DNA from: a virus | DNA length: 64,000 bases | Virus genome (UHGV): UHGV-0010228 | Direction: 5' to 3' (one strand) | Shown here: positions 20,132 to 30,359 of the stretch, in pieces | Numbering within the stretch: position 1 is the first letter of the stretch | How the letters are laid out: every line of letters begins with the position of its first letter | Position numbers and translations under genes: made by a program | The notes under the pieces: model-generated | Told to the model about the DNA's origin: nothing | Database searches by the model: none | What the model saw: the letters and a program-made list of their open reading frames with translations, nothing else

Positions 20132-22222
20132 ATGGCTTTTTATAGATGTGATAGAGGATTAGGATTTGATACTAGTAATAGTACAGGAAATAGTAGTGAT
20201 GTATTGTATCCAATTAAATATAATGAATATTCAACGGGACAAATTCGCAATATAATCTTAACTACATTACAATCAAATTTCGCTTTTGAATCAACTTTCT
20301 GTTATAACTGTTATAATAAGAATGATTTTAATTTTAAATTAGATTGTAATGAAACCGACATTAGAAAAGATGTGAGCATATATGATATTGTAGGATCACG
20401 CAAATTTGTACCTAGAGTAAATTTTAAAGAATTTAGATCTAGTAAATATTCCGAAATATTTAACGGCATTAATGATACATGTGATATTATTAGTGATATA
20501 TATGAAGATTCTATATTTATATTTATAGCTCTAAATACAACAATAATTTTAGTGATTACTGATATGAATTTAAACATCATTTCAAGAGAAAAGTTTGATA
20601 TCTCAAATCTATTTATAAATTTGATATCTGAGAATTATAAAAATGAAATTGATAACATTTGGTCAGAAATTAAAAAATATATTAAAAATCCGATATCATA
20701 TGCTTTTAATGATTGTGATGATGCTGAAGTTCCAACATTAATCGAGTCTCTATTTAAAATAAAAAAATCGGATTGTTCTTATTTTAAATATCTGCCAATA
20801 ATTGACAAATTTGATATTGATCTTAATGATAAATTTTCTGATAGCTTTATACACTCAGATTTGGTCGATATGCGTATAGGTACAGGTCAAAACGAAATAA
20901 TTGACAATCTCATATTCATTGACGATAAGATTATATTTAAAGGATTTATCTACGTAATACTCCGCACTGAAGATGATATCCCTATAAAATTGGAATATAA
21001 GTTTAAAAATGCTGATCAGACATATTTAAATACATCTATTAAATATTCAAGGAGATCATCTAGTATTATATCATATACATATATCCTCGATGTACTATAT
21101 GAATATGATATAATATCAAAAAAAATAACTATCAAAAAACATAATCGTCTAAACCCAAATACAGATTCTATTAATGATATTTATGCTATGGAACCATATA
21201 TTACACAATATCAAACACTAAGATCATACGACCCTAACAGATTTTCTAAATATGTCAATTCAACGGGTAAATACATACAATCTTCTCAATTGTATTATTT
21301 TTATTCTCCAGACAAGTGTCAATTAATACAATATGACATTGCAAGCTGTTCTATAATTTCTACTACAAAAGATGATAAGGTAAGTAATCCAACATATGAT
21401 AGTTTTTATTATGATACGAAATCTAATATAATATATATCGTTGATACATATTATGATTCTTCGATACAGGTCAGCCGTTTCACGAATAATTTAGATAAGA
21501 TATCATCGTTTTCTGTATCAATGAACGGAATCGAGTTGGATTCTCCTTTTTTAAAAATAAACGACCCTAATTTGACAAACACGGCATATAGAAAAATATA
21601 TTTACGAAATGCCAGTACTAATAATACTGCTAAATCATATGGTATATTCGTAGAGAATGACATAATTAACTTTTTTGTAACTATAGATCGAGTATGTCAG
21701 AATCCTATTAAAATTGTTGGAAATTCATGTCATATTGCCAATCTTAGAATTTCGTGCGATACAGGCAATCTAATCGATATACAATCTCCAAATACTCAAC
21801 AGTTTAACTCGAACTTTAAAAATGTTCAATGTCTCAAGACATTGAACACCGAGATAATGTCAACTAATGACATTATTGATCATATATTTAGAGTATCGGT
21901 ATATCGTATTTCTAATGAATACGTAGGACGTTTACACTATCGATTAGGGAAGATGAGTGACACATATAAATTAAATATTGATTATATATTTACCGGTGTA
22001 TATAACACGATATGTCATATAATTATTCGAAATAATGGATTGTATTTCACATTACTAATAAAAAATCAATATTCGAATCTAACCGATTATGAAAATATCA
22101 ATTCTTATAATGTCATAATTAATCCATCTACTCTTTATCTTCTTAATGATTATGATACTAACTATAATGGTTATAATATAGATTCTTCTAATTCTAATTA
22201 TACAGATTACTATTTTAATTAA
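20132..22222 (+). CDS. large hypothetical protein (696 aa, Asn/Ile/Tyr-rich)
   Basis: Long ORF with aaaggag RBS. No motif recognised. Confidence 0.55.
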   Translation: MAFYRCDRGLGFDTSNSTGNSSDVLYPIKYNEYSTGQIRNIILTTLQSNFAFESTFCYNCYNKNDFNFKLDCNETDIRKDVSIYDIVGSRKFVPRVNFKEFRSSKYSEIFNGINDTCDIISDIYEDSIFIFIALNTTIILVITDMNLNIISREKFDISNLFINLISENYKNEIDNIWSEIKKYIKNPISYAFNDCDDAEVPTLIESLFKIKKSDCSYFKYLPIIDKFDIDLNDKFSDSFIHSDLVDMRIGTGQNEIIDNLIFIDDKIIFKGFIYVILRTEDDIPIKLEYKFKNADQTYLNTSIKYSRRSSSIISYTYILDVLYEYDIISKKITIKKHNRLNPNTDSINDIYAMEPYITQYQTLRSYDPNRFSKYVNSTGKYIQSSQLYYFYSPDKCQLIQYDIASCSIISTTKDDKVSNPTYDSFYYDTKSNIIYIVDTYYDSSIQVSRFTNNLDKISSFSVSMNGIELDSPFLKINDPNLTNTAYRKIYLRNASTNNTAKSYGIFVENDIINFFVTIDRVCQNPIKIVGNSCHIANLRISCDTGNLIDIQSPNTQQFNSNFKNVQCLKTLNTEIMSTNDIIDHIFRVSVYRISNEYVGRLHYRLGKMSDTYKLNIDYIFTGVYNTICHIIIRNNGLYFTLLIKNQYSNLTDYENINSYNVIINPSTLYLLNDYDTNYNGYNIDSSNSNYTDYYFN

Positions 22223-22229
22223 TAAAAAA

Positions 22230-22280
22230 TACATACTATCTATAATAGATAGTATGTATTTAGTTTAGTTTTTTTTTTCA
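22230..22280 (+). terminator. rho-independent terminator
   Basis: Hairpin aatacatactatctataatagatagtatgtatt followed by a T10 run. Confidence 0.6.
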
Positions 22281-22326
22281 TATACATTATATTAATTATA
22301 ATTTATAGAAAGGAGTATATTATATA

Positions 22327-22896
22327 ATGTTTGATCTATATAATACACTTGTTGCATATGAGGGATTATTAAAGAATGCATATAATAGTTATAAAACTAA
22401 TATAAACAATGCAAATCTTATGCGAAAAATCGAGAAAACTATTGAAAAGTCATCTGAGTTTTATTTGAAGTTTATTGGTGAGGGTGATGATAAAACTAAA
22501 GAGGAAGCTGCTAATTTTTTTGAAAAGTGGGCACAATTATGTTACTCCAATACGATTAAATTTAATAAATCAATATTTTTAAAAGGATATGTAAATAAAT
22601 ATGAGTATTTACTAAAGGGTGGATATGCTGAACGATATGGATTAACATCTGAAACCCAATTAAATCCGGATAATCCCATGATGCAAGATATATTAAATGA
22701 TGCTTATCTTGGAATTATTGAAAAGCTATCATATAAAGGTCAACTTGTATATCTCATGGGCACTCCAGATAACTATATTTATTACTTTACTGATGATAAA
22801 GGAAATTTTGTCATGAAATATAATGATGAAATGTTGGATGAAATTATAAAGTACTATCAGAATAATATTGATGAGTATAATGCAAAGTTCAAATAA
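22327..22896 (+). CDS. MFDLYNTL-leader family protein 4 (189 aa; MFDLYNTLVAYE|G)
   Basis: Shared N-terminal motif and a variant of the promoter cassette. Confidence 0.5.
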   Translation: MFDLYNTLVAYEGLLKNAYNSYKTNINNANLMRKIEKTIEKSSEFYLKFIGEGDDKTKEEAANFFEKWAQLCYSNTIKFNKSIFLKGYVNKYEYLLKGGYAERYGLTSETQLNPDNPMMQDILNDAYLGIIEKLSYKGQLVYLMGTPDNYIYYFTDDKGNFVMKYNDEMLDEIIKYYQNNIDEYNAKFK

Positions 22897-22910
22897 AGGA
22901 GGTATTATAT

Positions 22911-23405
22911 ATGAATGATATAATAGTAATGGAAGGATTAATTTCTAAAATGAGAAATCGTTTAAAATTGAAAAAGATTAAAAAGAATTCTGCACCTTAT
23001 AAAGAAATAACTCATGATGAATTTATAAAAAATTATTTAAATAAAATTAAAAAATGCCAAAATTTAATGTGGACAAATATGATGAAATTAAAATCGAAGT
23101 ATCCTATGATAACTAAAATGATTTCTAAGCGTAGTGATAATGAAATGATAGTTCCGGTAAATGATGTTCATATAAACACTTATGTGTATTTAATAGATTA
23201 TGATGGATCAAATGTTGAATCACATGAGAAGCAATATTCAAATTTTGATAGATCTGAATTAGAACCAGCTCTATCAGAAATTGCTAAGGAATGTGTTGAT
23301 AAAATATTTGGTAATGATTCAAATATTGGTTATGATGAAGGTGGAGATTATAAAGAAGTCTGCTATGGAATTGTATTTAGAGATACTTTTATACATGTAA
23401 ATTAA
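22911..23405 (+). CDS. MNDIIVMEG|LI-leader family protein A (164 aa)
   Basis: N-terminus shared with the convergent gene 23457-24032. Confidence 0.5.
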   Translation: MNDIIVMEGLISKMRNRLKLKKIKKNSAPYKEITHDEFIKNYLNKIKKCQNLMWTNMMKLKSKYPMITKMISKRSDNEMIVPVNDVHINTYVYLIDYDGSNVESHEKQYSNFDRSELEPALSEIAKECVDKIFGNDSNIGYDEGGDYKEVCYGIVFRDTFIHVN

Positions 23406-23410
23406 TAATA

Positions 23411-23456
23411 TATAACGTTTAGTGATATTTATCACTAAACGTTATATATTATTAAT
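23411..23456. terminator. bidirectional terminator
   Basis: Palindrome aatatataacgtttagtgatatttatcactaaacgttatatatt. Confidence 0.6.
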
Positions 23457-24032
23457 TTAGTTTCTTTTTCCATATAAGATCTCGGACAATTCATCTGAAC
23501 CCATATTCGGAATTTGAATCACAAGAGGGCCACCATCCCAATCTCCACCATATTCGTATTTCATATTATCGATACCATATTTATCAATTGCCGATTCAAT
23601 AATCATATCAATTGCTTTCCACGTCTGATTATATCTAGGATCATCGCCCCATTCTCGAACATTTATAGATTTATCATATTTTAGTATTTCATAAATGTCA
23701 TAATCTATAATGGTATATTCAATATTATTGTCATATGTTGATAATACATTTTCGTTTTCGACATATCCAACTAATTTAAATATATATTTAGCTTCTGGGT
23801 ATTTCTTTATAAGATTATTATATTCTCTTTTAACTTCATTATATATCTTAATAAATATAGGTTTATATTTAGATCTAAATTCATCTAAAGATATATTTTT
23901 AATATTATTAGATTTAGAATTATTATTAATATATCTAGATTTAGTCTGATTATTAGTAGCGTAAGCCTTATTTTTATTTATTTTATCTCTTAATCTCTTT
24001 ATTAATCCTTCCATTACTATTATATCATTCAT
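23457..24032 (-). CDS. MNDIIVMEG|LI-leader family protein B (191 aa)
   Basis: Preceded on the minus strand by the same promoter cassette as the MFDLY genes. Confidence 0.5.
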   Translation of the reverse strand: MNDIIVMEGLIKRLRDKINKNKAYATNNQTKSRYINNNSKSNNIKNISLDEFRSKYKPIFIKIYNEVKREYNNLIKKYPEAKYIFKLVGYVENENVLSTYDNNIEYTIIDYDIYEILKYDKSINVREWGDDPRYNQTWKAIDMIIESAIDKYGIDNMKYEYGGDWDGGPLVIQIPNMGSDELSEILYGKRN

Positions 24033-24067
24033 ATATAATACCTCCTTATATTATATATAATATTAAT

Positions 24068-24100
24068 ATAATGTATAATAAAAAAACAAGTGAATGACTA
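24068..24100 (-). terminator. rho-independent terminator (gtgaatgactaatattagtcattcac plus T7 on the minus strand)
   Basis: Hairpin followed by a T-run, downstream of gene 24128-24979. Confidence 0.55.
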
Positions 24101-24127
24101 ATATTAGTCATTCACTATTATTAACTA

Positions 24128-24979
24128 TTATATTGCCATCATCTTTGCAATTTCATCTGGGTTAAGAATTTTAATTTTAGTCATAGTCGTAAGTGTCCAT
24201 TTACATAAATTTGAAATTTGTGCGGTTATATTTTTTAGCGCTTTAGTATATTCATCCGTTAATTCATGAATATTCTCAAATTTAGTTACTCGATTTTCAA
24301 TCACTTTAAATTCATATACACATTTCATTATATTTGTATATACAGCTTTATACTCATCGAGTGAATCGACTAAATCCACCTCAAGAGTAAAAGTGTCAAC
24401 TTCATCAAGAGCATTATTAAGTCTGTTAATAATTACTGGAGCTGACTTTGTATCATAATGAATAAGATAGTCTCTTACATCAGCTTCAAACTTTCCAGTT
24501 TTATATAATTCATTGGGATTATCTAAAAATTTTACATAATTTCGGGTATATTGAAGAGTTTCTCTTAGCCATTTATTTGTCTGTTTAAGTTCATACTTTA
24601 TTTTATCAGTCAAAGTTTTAATTTTTTCTTTCTCTTCTTTTCGAGTTCTTTCCACTTCATCAACTATATTACGTCTCTTTCTGTTATTTACTCTTTTTTG
24701 TTCATTCGGTTTATTATCTTCATTACCTCTAGTTTCACTCTCATTCATTTTTTCATTCGTCTTACCTTTCATATTCTTTATCATTAAATATACTTTCTTT
24801 ATCTTTCTACCTAATAATATAAATCCATTCTTTATTCCTTCCCATATCTTCTTTATAACAGACCATATACCTTTACCTACATTCTTTACTTTATCTATGA
24901 TACCTTCATAAGAGGGTTCTAATTCTCCCCCCCCCCCAATTATATTATATGATTCTAATGTATTATATAAATCAAACAT
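24128..24979 (-). CDS. MFDLYNTLESYNII-leader family protein 5 (283 aa) with a GGGG insertion encoded by a G11 tract
   Basis: The first 41 nt are identical to family member 1. DNDYAY is replaced by GGGGELEPSY, followed by the shared EGIIDKVKNVG. The gene is probably co-transcribed with the protease gene upstream. Confidence 0.55.
   Translation of the reverse strand: MFDLYNTLESYNIIGGGGELEPSYEGIIDKVKNVGKGIWSVIKKIWEGIKNGFILLGRKIKKVYLMIKNMKGKTNEKMNESETRGNEDNKPNEQKRVNNRKRRNIVDEVERTRKEEKEKIKTLTDKIKYELKQTNKWLRETLQYTRNYVKFLDNPNELYKTGKFEADVRDYLIHYDTKSAPVIINRLNNALDEVDTFTLEVDLVDSLDEYKAVYTNIMKCVYEFKVIENRVTKFENIHELTDEYTKALKNITAQISNLCKWTLTTMTKIKILNPDEIAKMMAI
24927..24937. repeat. C11/G11 homopolymer inside coding sequence (candidate slipped-strand contingency site)
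   Basis: Eleven consecutive C on the plus strand in a genome that is about 30% GC. They encode GGGG in the leader of gene 24128-24979. Confidence 0.6.
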
Positions 24980-24991
24980 TATAATACCTCC

Positions 24992-25849
24992 TTAGAGATT
25001 CTTCATGAAGTCCATAATTTCACGATTATATTTTAATTCTGGCTTTACAAAGATTCTACCTTCATCAGTTCTCATTGTAATCATATTAGAAGATCTATCA
25101 TATGCAACAGATTCTAGAGCTGGATTCATCTCATCAATAACCCTATTAACTCTTTCAGACTTACTTAATACTATATCAGTAAATGATTCCATGACAGTTT
25201 CGAATTTATTTTTAGATACAATATTCTTAACTGGAATATCCATGTCCATATATGCATTAGAATGTGATGGTAAGTATACTCTATCGTAGCAAACCAATCT
25301 ACCAGGACCCATAACATCTATTGTGCCATCAGGGTTTTTTCTCTGAGGTACTAACGATCTAGCAGAAAATGCTCCTCTAATGCCTTGTAATATATTTCTC
25401 ATAAATTTATATCCAGGAGATCCAACACCTTCATCAAGCGTCTCTACAACACCATGGAGTTCTTTACCTCTCCACTCTAATGATTTAATAATATGAGAGC
25501 AATTATTAGGATCTATATTAGCAATTCTCTCCAATGAAACTTCACCAGTTGTTGGAATTGGATGTCCTGCTTCGCCTGGCCATCCACCTGCTTTAGTTAA
25601 GAATTCCTGTACGAATTCCTGAGCTAACATAGTTCTTACATGATCTGCATTCCAAAGTCTTCTATTTCTATTTCTTCCATAGAAATCCTGTAAGCAAGTT
25701 GAGAATCTTAAGTAATTAAGTCCATTTTCATTTTCAACATGTTTGAGTATTTCTATATTATCATTCTGTGGCATAGCAGCTTCCATTACCACATAATAAT
25801 CTAAATAACGTTCATCATTAGGATTAAATTTCGGCATAATGATAAACAC
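24992..25849 (-). CDS. putative prohead maturation protease (T4 gp21 / phiKZ gp175-like)
   Basis: GEAGHPIP and GIRGAFSARSL blocks are reminiscent of the His and Ser regions of the gp21 family. It sits immediately upstream of, and is co-oriented with, a leader-family gene. Confidence 0.4.
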   Translation of the reverse strand: MFIIMPKFNPNDERYLDYYVVMEAAMPQNDNIEILKHVENENGLNYLRFSTCLQDFYGRNRNRRLWNADHVRTMLAQEFVQEFLTKAGGWPGEAGHPIPTTGEVSLERIANIDPNNCSHIIKSLEWRGKELHGVVETLDEGVGSPGYKFMRNILQGIRGAFSARSLVPQRKNPDGTIDVMGPGRLVCYDRVYLPSHSNAYMDMDIPVKNIVSKNKFETVMESFTDIVLSKSERVNRVIDEMNPALESVAYDRSSNMITMRTDEGRIFVKPELKYNREIMDFMKNL

Positions 25850-25952
25850 CGTCCTTTCTTTTTTGAATTATAGCATTGTTAATCCATAAGAATATAGAGA
25901 TTTAAACCATTAAATAAATCTAAAATAATAAAGAAAGGTGGGATAAAATCGA

Positions 25953-27761
25953 ATGACACCTTATAATAAACAACCAGAATTTTCTCTGGATGATAGTGAT
26001 GTGTTAGATAAATTAATAGATTATTGTACGAAGGATACCTCTAACCTAAATTTAAAAAATGATTTCTTTAATAGGGTTTATGATATTCTTCTTAAAGCAA
26101 CGCCATCATATAATTCATCTATATGCTCTTCCAGAAATATAGATTTTATATTATGGCTATATCGATTTGAAAAGGTTGGTAATCCCAATAGTACTCCGAA
26201 TTTATTAAATTTATATTTTAATAAAATTTACGAATTTCATTTAGACTATGGATTACAAAAATCAGTAGATTTAATAAATTCATTTTGTAGACGTTCAATA
26301 GATGAAACATCTAATCTTAAAAGTGAAGAGATAAGATTTTATGCACTGCTTTTCATACTATATTATATATATTCATTATATGATGAGCAGGAAAATAATT
26401 TATACATAGAAACTTTAATAAAAACTTTTATGGATAATCCACATACGCAAGATGTTATGTTTATATATATTGAGGATATATATATCCCGAATGATCGCAT
26501 TATTAATTATACTAATTTAAATCAGTACTTATTCCATAATGGTATCATATTTAAATCAGTAGAGAATTTAACAATAGAAAATCTTATGAAAAACACATTA
26601 GACGGATCTATTAATAATATAGATCCAGAGTATAATAAAATATATACTTTATTATGTATGAAAATTTGTGATATATTTAATTCTCGAAATCATATTCTTA
26701 AATTCATTGATGATGCAATAGATAATTTTTTAATATATCGATCTAGGATTAAGATTAATAATGCTAAATATGAAAATTTTACAACATCTGATTATGCAAC
26801 TGGATATCTTGCAAGTACTATGGATGCTAGAATTGCCAGTTATTTGAAAACTGCAAATATGTATAATGATGATATCTATAAAAAATCTTCATTAGAAAGT
26901 TTCATATCAGATTTTCATTATAACATAATTCCAGAATTTAAATCATATATAAAAGATGATTATAAAGATAAGGAAAATTATATCATAACATCTTTCATAT
27001 ATGAAAATTTAAAAGCTTTTGATTTGAGAGATAATTCAGAAATTAAAGAATTTTTTGATGAATATCTGCCATCAATGGAGTGTACCATTCCATTACCAGC
27101 ATATGAAGCAACTAATGATGATATAGATCCAGAACCAAGTAGTGAGGCCCCGGTTGATGAAGATGATTTAGAAACTCCAACATCAAATGGTAATTATAGA
27201 AGAAAGAAATTTAAAAAGGATAAATTGAAAAAATCAGTTGCTAGTAAAACAATGGGTGCAGAAAAGAAAATATATAGTGCTTATCGTCAGTATAAAGAGA
27301 AAGAAACTGCTGTAGATAATCAGTTAGTGAAAATGACTAATGTTATGAAAGATAAGTTTAAGGGTAATGTTAGAGAAGAAATCATTGGTGGTAAAGTATG
27401 GACACCAATAACTATACTTAAAAAAGCTCTAGGAACTGCAGCGATATTTTCCTTTTCAAAGATAGGTGGTATATTAGCATTTATAGTTGGGCATTATACT
27501 AAGAGAAAAGTAAAGAATAAAGAACGAAAAAAGATAATTCTTGAATTGGAATTAGAAATTAAAATGTTAGAAGAAAAAATAGAAGATGCTAAAGGCGATG
27601 GAAACCGTCAGGCTAAATATGCAATGATGCGCACTAAAGCTGAATTGGAAAATGCTGTTGAAAAGATTAAATTTGGTCTAGAAGCTGATGATAAAGCTAT
27701 ACAGGCAGGAAAGAATGTAATAAAAGGTGGAGTAAATGCTGCACTTTCAAATTTAAAATAA
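25953..27761 (+). CDS. hypothetical protein (602 aa) with C-terminal hydrophobic segment and coiled-coil
   Basis: Long ORF with aaaggtggg RBS. Confidence 0.5.
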   Translation: MTPYNKQPEFSLDDSDVLDKLIDYCTKDTSNLNLKNDFFNRVYDILLKATPSYNSSICSSRNIDFILWLYRFEKVGNPNSTPNLLNLYFNKIYEFHLDYGLQKSVDLINSFCRRSIDETSNLKSEEIRFYALLFILYYIYSLYDEQENNLYIETLIKTFMDNPHTQDVMFIYIEDIYIPNDRIINYTNLNQYLFHNGIIFKSVENLTIENLMKNTLDGSINNIDPEYNKIYTLLCMKICDIFNSRNHILKFIDDAIDNFLIYRSRIKINNAKYENFTTSDYATGYLASTMDARIASYLKTANMYNDDIYKKSSLESFISDFHYNIIPEFKSYIKDDYKDKENYIITSFIYENLKAFDLRDNSEIKEFFDEYLPSMECTIPLPAYEATNDDIDPEPSSEAPVDEDDLETPTSNGNYRRKKFKKDKLKKSVASKTMGAEKKIYSAYRQYKEKETAVDNQLVKMTNVMKDKFKGNVREEIIGGKVWTPITILKKALGTAAIFSFSKIGGILAFIVGHYTKRKVKNKERKKIILELELEIKMLEEKIEDAKGDGNRQAKYAMMRTKAELENAVEKIKFGLEADDKAIQAGKNVIKGGVNAALSNLK

Positions 27762-27778
27762 GAAAGGAGAAAATATAA

Positions 27779-28495
27779 ATGGGTTTAGTTAATGATTTTC
27801 TCTTTACTTACGCATTAGAAGCTGATGATATTACAGGAGAAGCTCAGGCTGGTGCTAGACAAATTGCCGGTGGACCAAATCCTGCCGGTGGACCAGGTGC
27901 TAATGCAAATGTTGGAGATGAACCAGATGACATATCTAAAACAGATGATATATTTGGTACTGCAGGATCAGATGATGATCCAATAAATGGAAATACTAAT
28001 AATGCTCAGAATTTAAATCAGAATCCACAAAATAATATGAATAATAATGATCCATTTGGTAATGATTCTAATAATATGGGAAATAATGATCCCAATGATG
28101 GTGGATTTGGTGATACAAATAATTCTTCGATGGATGATGGATTTGGAGAAAATAATGAGCAGGATAAATCCGATCCTCCATATTATGATAAGAATAAGTT
28201 AAAAAATAATATGCTGTATTTATACAATTTAACAAATTCATCAAATGATGCTATTGTAGAATTAAGATCAAAATTGAACGATCCTAGTAGTATCAAAGTA
28301 TGTAATATGGTAAATTCTAATTTAACTGCTCTTAGCGATTGTATATATGAAACAATTACTGATAAAATAGCTAATGCTACATATCAAGATATGCTTAGAG
28401 AGTATATATCATTTAAACGTATATATGACCTATGTACGGAAATAATGAATAAACATTTTGATAATGCGATTAAAGATAAGAAAAAGAAAAAATAA
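27779..28495 (+). CDS. hypothetical low-complexity (Gly/Asn/Asp-rich) protein with helical C-terminus; possible scaffold-like protein
   Basis: Composition, and its position directly upstream of an abundant structural-protein gene. Confidence 0.3.
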   Translation: MGLVNDFLFTYALEADDITGEAQAGARQIAGGPNPAGGPGANANVGDEPDDISKTDDIFGTAGSDDDPINGNTNNAQNLNQNPQNNMNNNDPFGNDSNNMGNNDPNDGGFGDTNNSSMDDGFGENNEQDKSDPPYYDKNKLKNNMLYLYNLTNSSNDAIVELRSKLNDPSSIKVCNMVNSNLTALSDCIYETITDKIANATYQDMLREYISFKRIYDLCTEIMNKHFDNAIKDKKKKK

Positions 28496-28600
28496 CGCAT
28501 CGTTAATCCACGTTATTTTAAAACGTGGATTAATACTATTAACAATAAAATAAAATTATTTAGCAAATTAATAGTTAAAAATAAAAGGAGGAAACTCTCA

Positions 28601-30358
28601 ATGTTAGATAAGACAATTTATAATGACGTTGTAGGTAATGCTCAGTATGCAGATTCAGATGCTGGGTTTAAGTCAGAAGTTAGATCAATCTTCGAAGCAT
28701 ATGCTAATGAAGGTGTTAACCTGACTGACAATATCGGATCTGTAATTTCAGATGCACATCTTAGAGAAGACTTCATAGGTTCTATCTGCGAATCACTCGC
28801 AGCTTCACCTCTCTTCACTAATGCTGATGCTGCAAATGCACCTTTCTATAACAACTATGGTGCAAGAGTTGAGCAGTTACTTAGCAACACACTTAAGTCT
28901 GTAGCTGCAGAATCTGTAATGTATGGTTATGCTCCTATCGTTGCATACAACCCATTCTTCCTCAAGAAGCAGTGGATCGATTGTATCTTCAAGGATGTCC
29001 TCATGACAGAAATTCCTAAGACTCCAGTTATCAATCTCGGTTTCGAGAGAAGATATCTTAAGGATCTTGATGGTGAAAGATATCCACTTCCAGAAGCTCT
29101 CTATGATGATGAAATCGTAAAGAAGCTCATGGATGCATCAACTGGTCTTAACCTTACAGAAGAAGCAATTGATATTAATGATTGTAAGCAGCTTTATCTT
29201 ATAGATCAGAAGTATATCCCAGGCGTTAATGTAAATGATAAGTCAGTAGAAATCACTCCAAATATTTGTGTTTGGAAGGTTATGCTTGCTGGTGCAGATG
29301 GCGAAATCGAACTTCCGGTAAACATGACAGTTGATGTTACTACTCATAACTTCATTAATACTTCAATCAAGTTTGATGTAAAGGATGAAACTACTGGTGA
29401 AGTTAAGGAAACAATTGAAGATCAGCTCGTTGGTCATATGAACTTCAGAGATGCTAAGCTCACTCTTATGTCAACAACTGGTAAGGTTACAAAGGTATTC
29501 CTTAGAGGTAAAATTGCAAATAGATGGAACCAGAGATCACTGGATGTAGAAAGAACTGTAGAACACATTCAGAAGACAATGCCAGAATCTGGTCCAAGAC
29601 TGAACTCTTCAATCACTGTTGAAGATGCTGCAGATGCACTTGCTCTTCAGAATATTGACCAGATCTCAGATAACATCAATATCATGGGTGCTACTCTGGC
29701 TAACCTGGAAGATGCTGAAATTAATATGTTCCTTAAGAACTCATTTGAAGCTCAGAAGAAGGTTGCTGAAACAGGCGTTCTTTACAATGAACTTGGTGAT
29801 AATGTAATGATCGCTGAAGGTAACTTCAATACTCTTCCATATGAAACATTCAATGGTAGAATTTCTGAATGGCAGAAGGATGCAAGAGAATACTTCGAAA
29901 GAATGCTCTCTGCTCTTAAGATTAAGCTCCGTTCTCAGAATATGCTCTTCGTTGCAGTTTCACATCCAAATACTGTTAGATATCTCCAGGATGGTATCAA
30001 CTGGGTATTCTCAGATGACACTCAGATCGGCGGTGTAAGACTTAACTATAACTTTGGTATTTACACAACTGCACAGGATAGAGTTCATATCGTAACAACT
30101 CAGAGAATGGCTGAATCTGAAGGTATTAGATTCATTGGTATCCCTCTGACTCAGGAACTCATCACATTCAAGCACTATAAGTACAATGTAATTATTGATA
30201 GAGGATACAGAAACCCTCTGACTCCTCTCACTCCAAATATTATGGCTACTCAGAGAACTCTCACATTTGAAATATTCCCAGTTCAGGGTGTAATGACAAT
30301 TGAGGGTAGAGAACTCTTCTCACCTGATAGCCTTAAGAGAAAGACTGTTACGCCCTAA
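28601..30358 (+). CDS. abundant virion structural protein (585 aa), candidate major capsid protein; ends at the CCC_UAA +1 shift site
   Basis: Codon usage shifts to aag/ttc/atc/ctc codons, typical of highly expressed genes. Strong aaaaggagg RBS. Confidence 0.45.
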   Translation: MLDKTIYNDVVGNAQYADSDAGFKSEVRSIFEAYANEGVNLTDNIGSVISDAHLREDFIGSICESLAASPLFTNADAANAPFYNNYGARVEQLLSNTLKSVAAESVMYGYAPIVAYNPFFLKKQWIDCIFKDVLMTEIPKTPVINLGFERRYLKDLDGERYPLPEALYDDEIVKKLMDASTGLNLTEEAIDINDCKQLYLIDQKYIPGVNVNDKSVEITPNICVWKVMLAGADGEIELPVNMTVDVTTHNFINTSIKFDVKDETTGEVKETIEDQLVGHMNFRDAKLTLMSTTGKVTKVFLRGKIANRWNQRSLDVERTVEHIQKTMPESGPRLNSSITVEDAADALALQNIDQISDNINIMGATLANLEDAEINMFLKNSFEAQKKVAETGVLYNELGDNVMIAEGNFNTLPYETFNGRISEWQKDAREYFERMLSALKIKLRSQNMLFVAVSHPNTVRYLQDGINWVFSDDTQIGGVRLNYNFGIYTTAQDRVHIVTTQRMAESEGIRFIGIPLTQELITFKHYKYNVIIDRGYRNPLTPLTPNIMATQRTLTFEIFPVQGVMTIEGRELFSPDSLKRKTVTP

Positions 30359-30359
30359 C
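30353..30359 (+). promoter_or_regulatory. candidate programmed +1 translational frameshift site CCC_UAA_C
   Basis: The last sense codon CCC (Pro) sits before the UAA stop. The +1 frame continues directly as NPPVDPDPTPSNPDTSA, a Pro-rich linker, with no RBS or ATG. The topology matches the CCC_UGA +1 shifts in the Listeria phage PSA cps and tsh genes. Confidence 0.5.
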
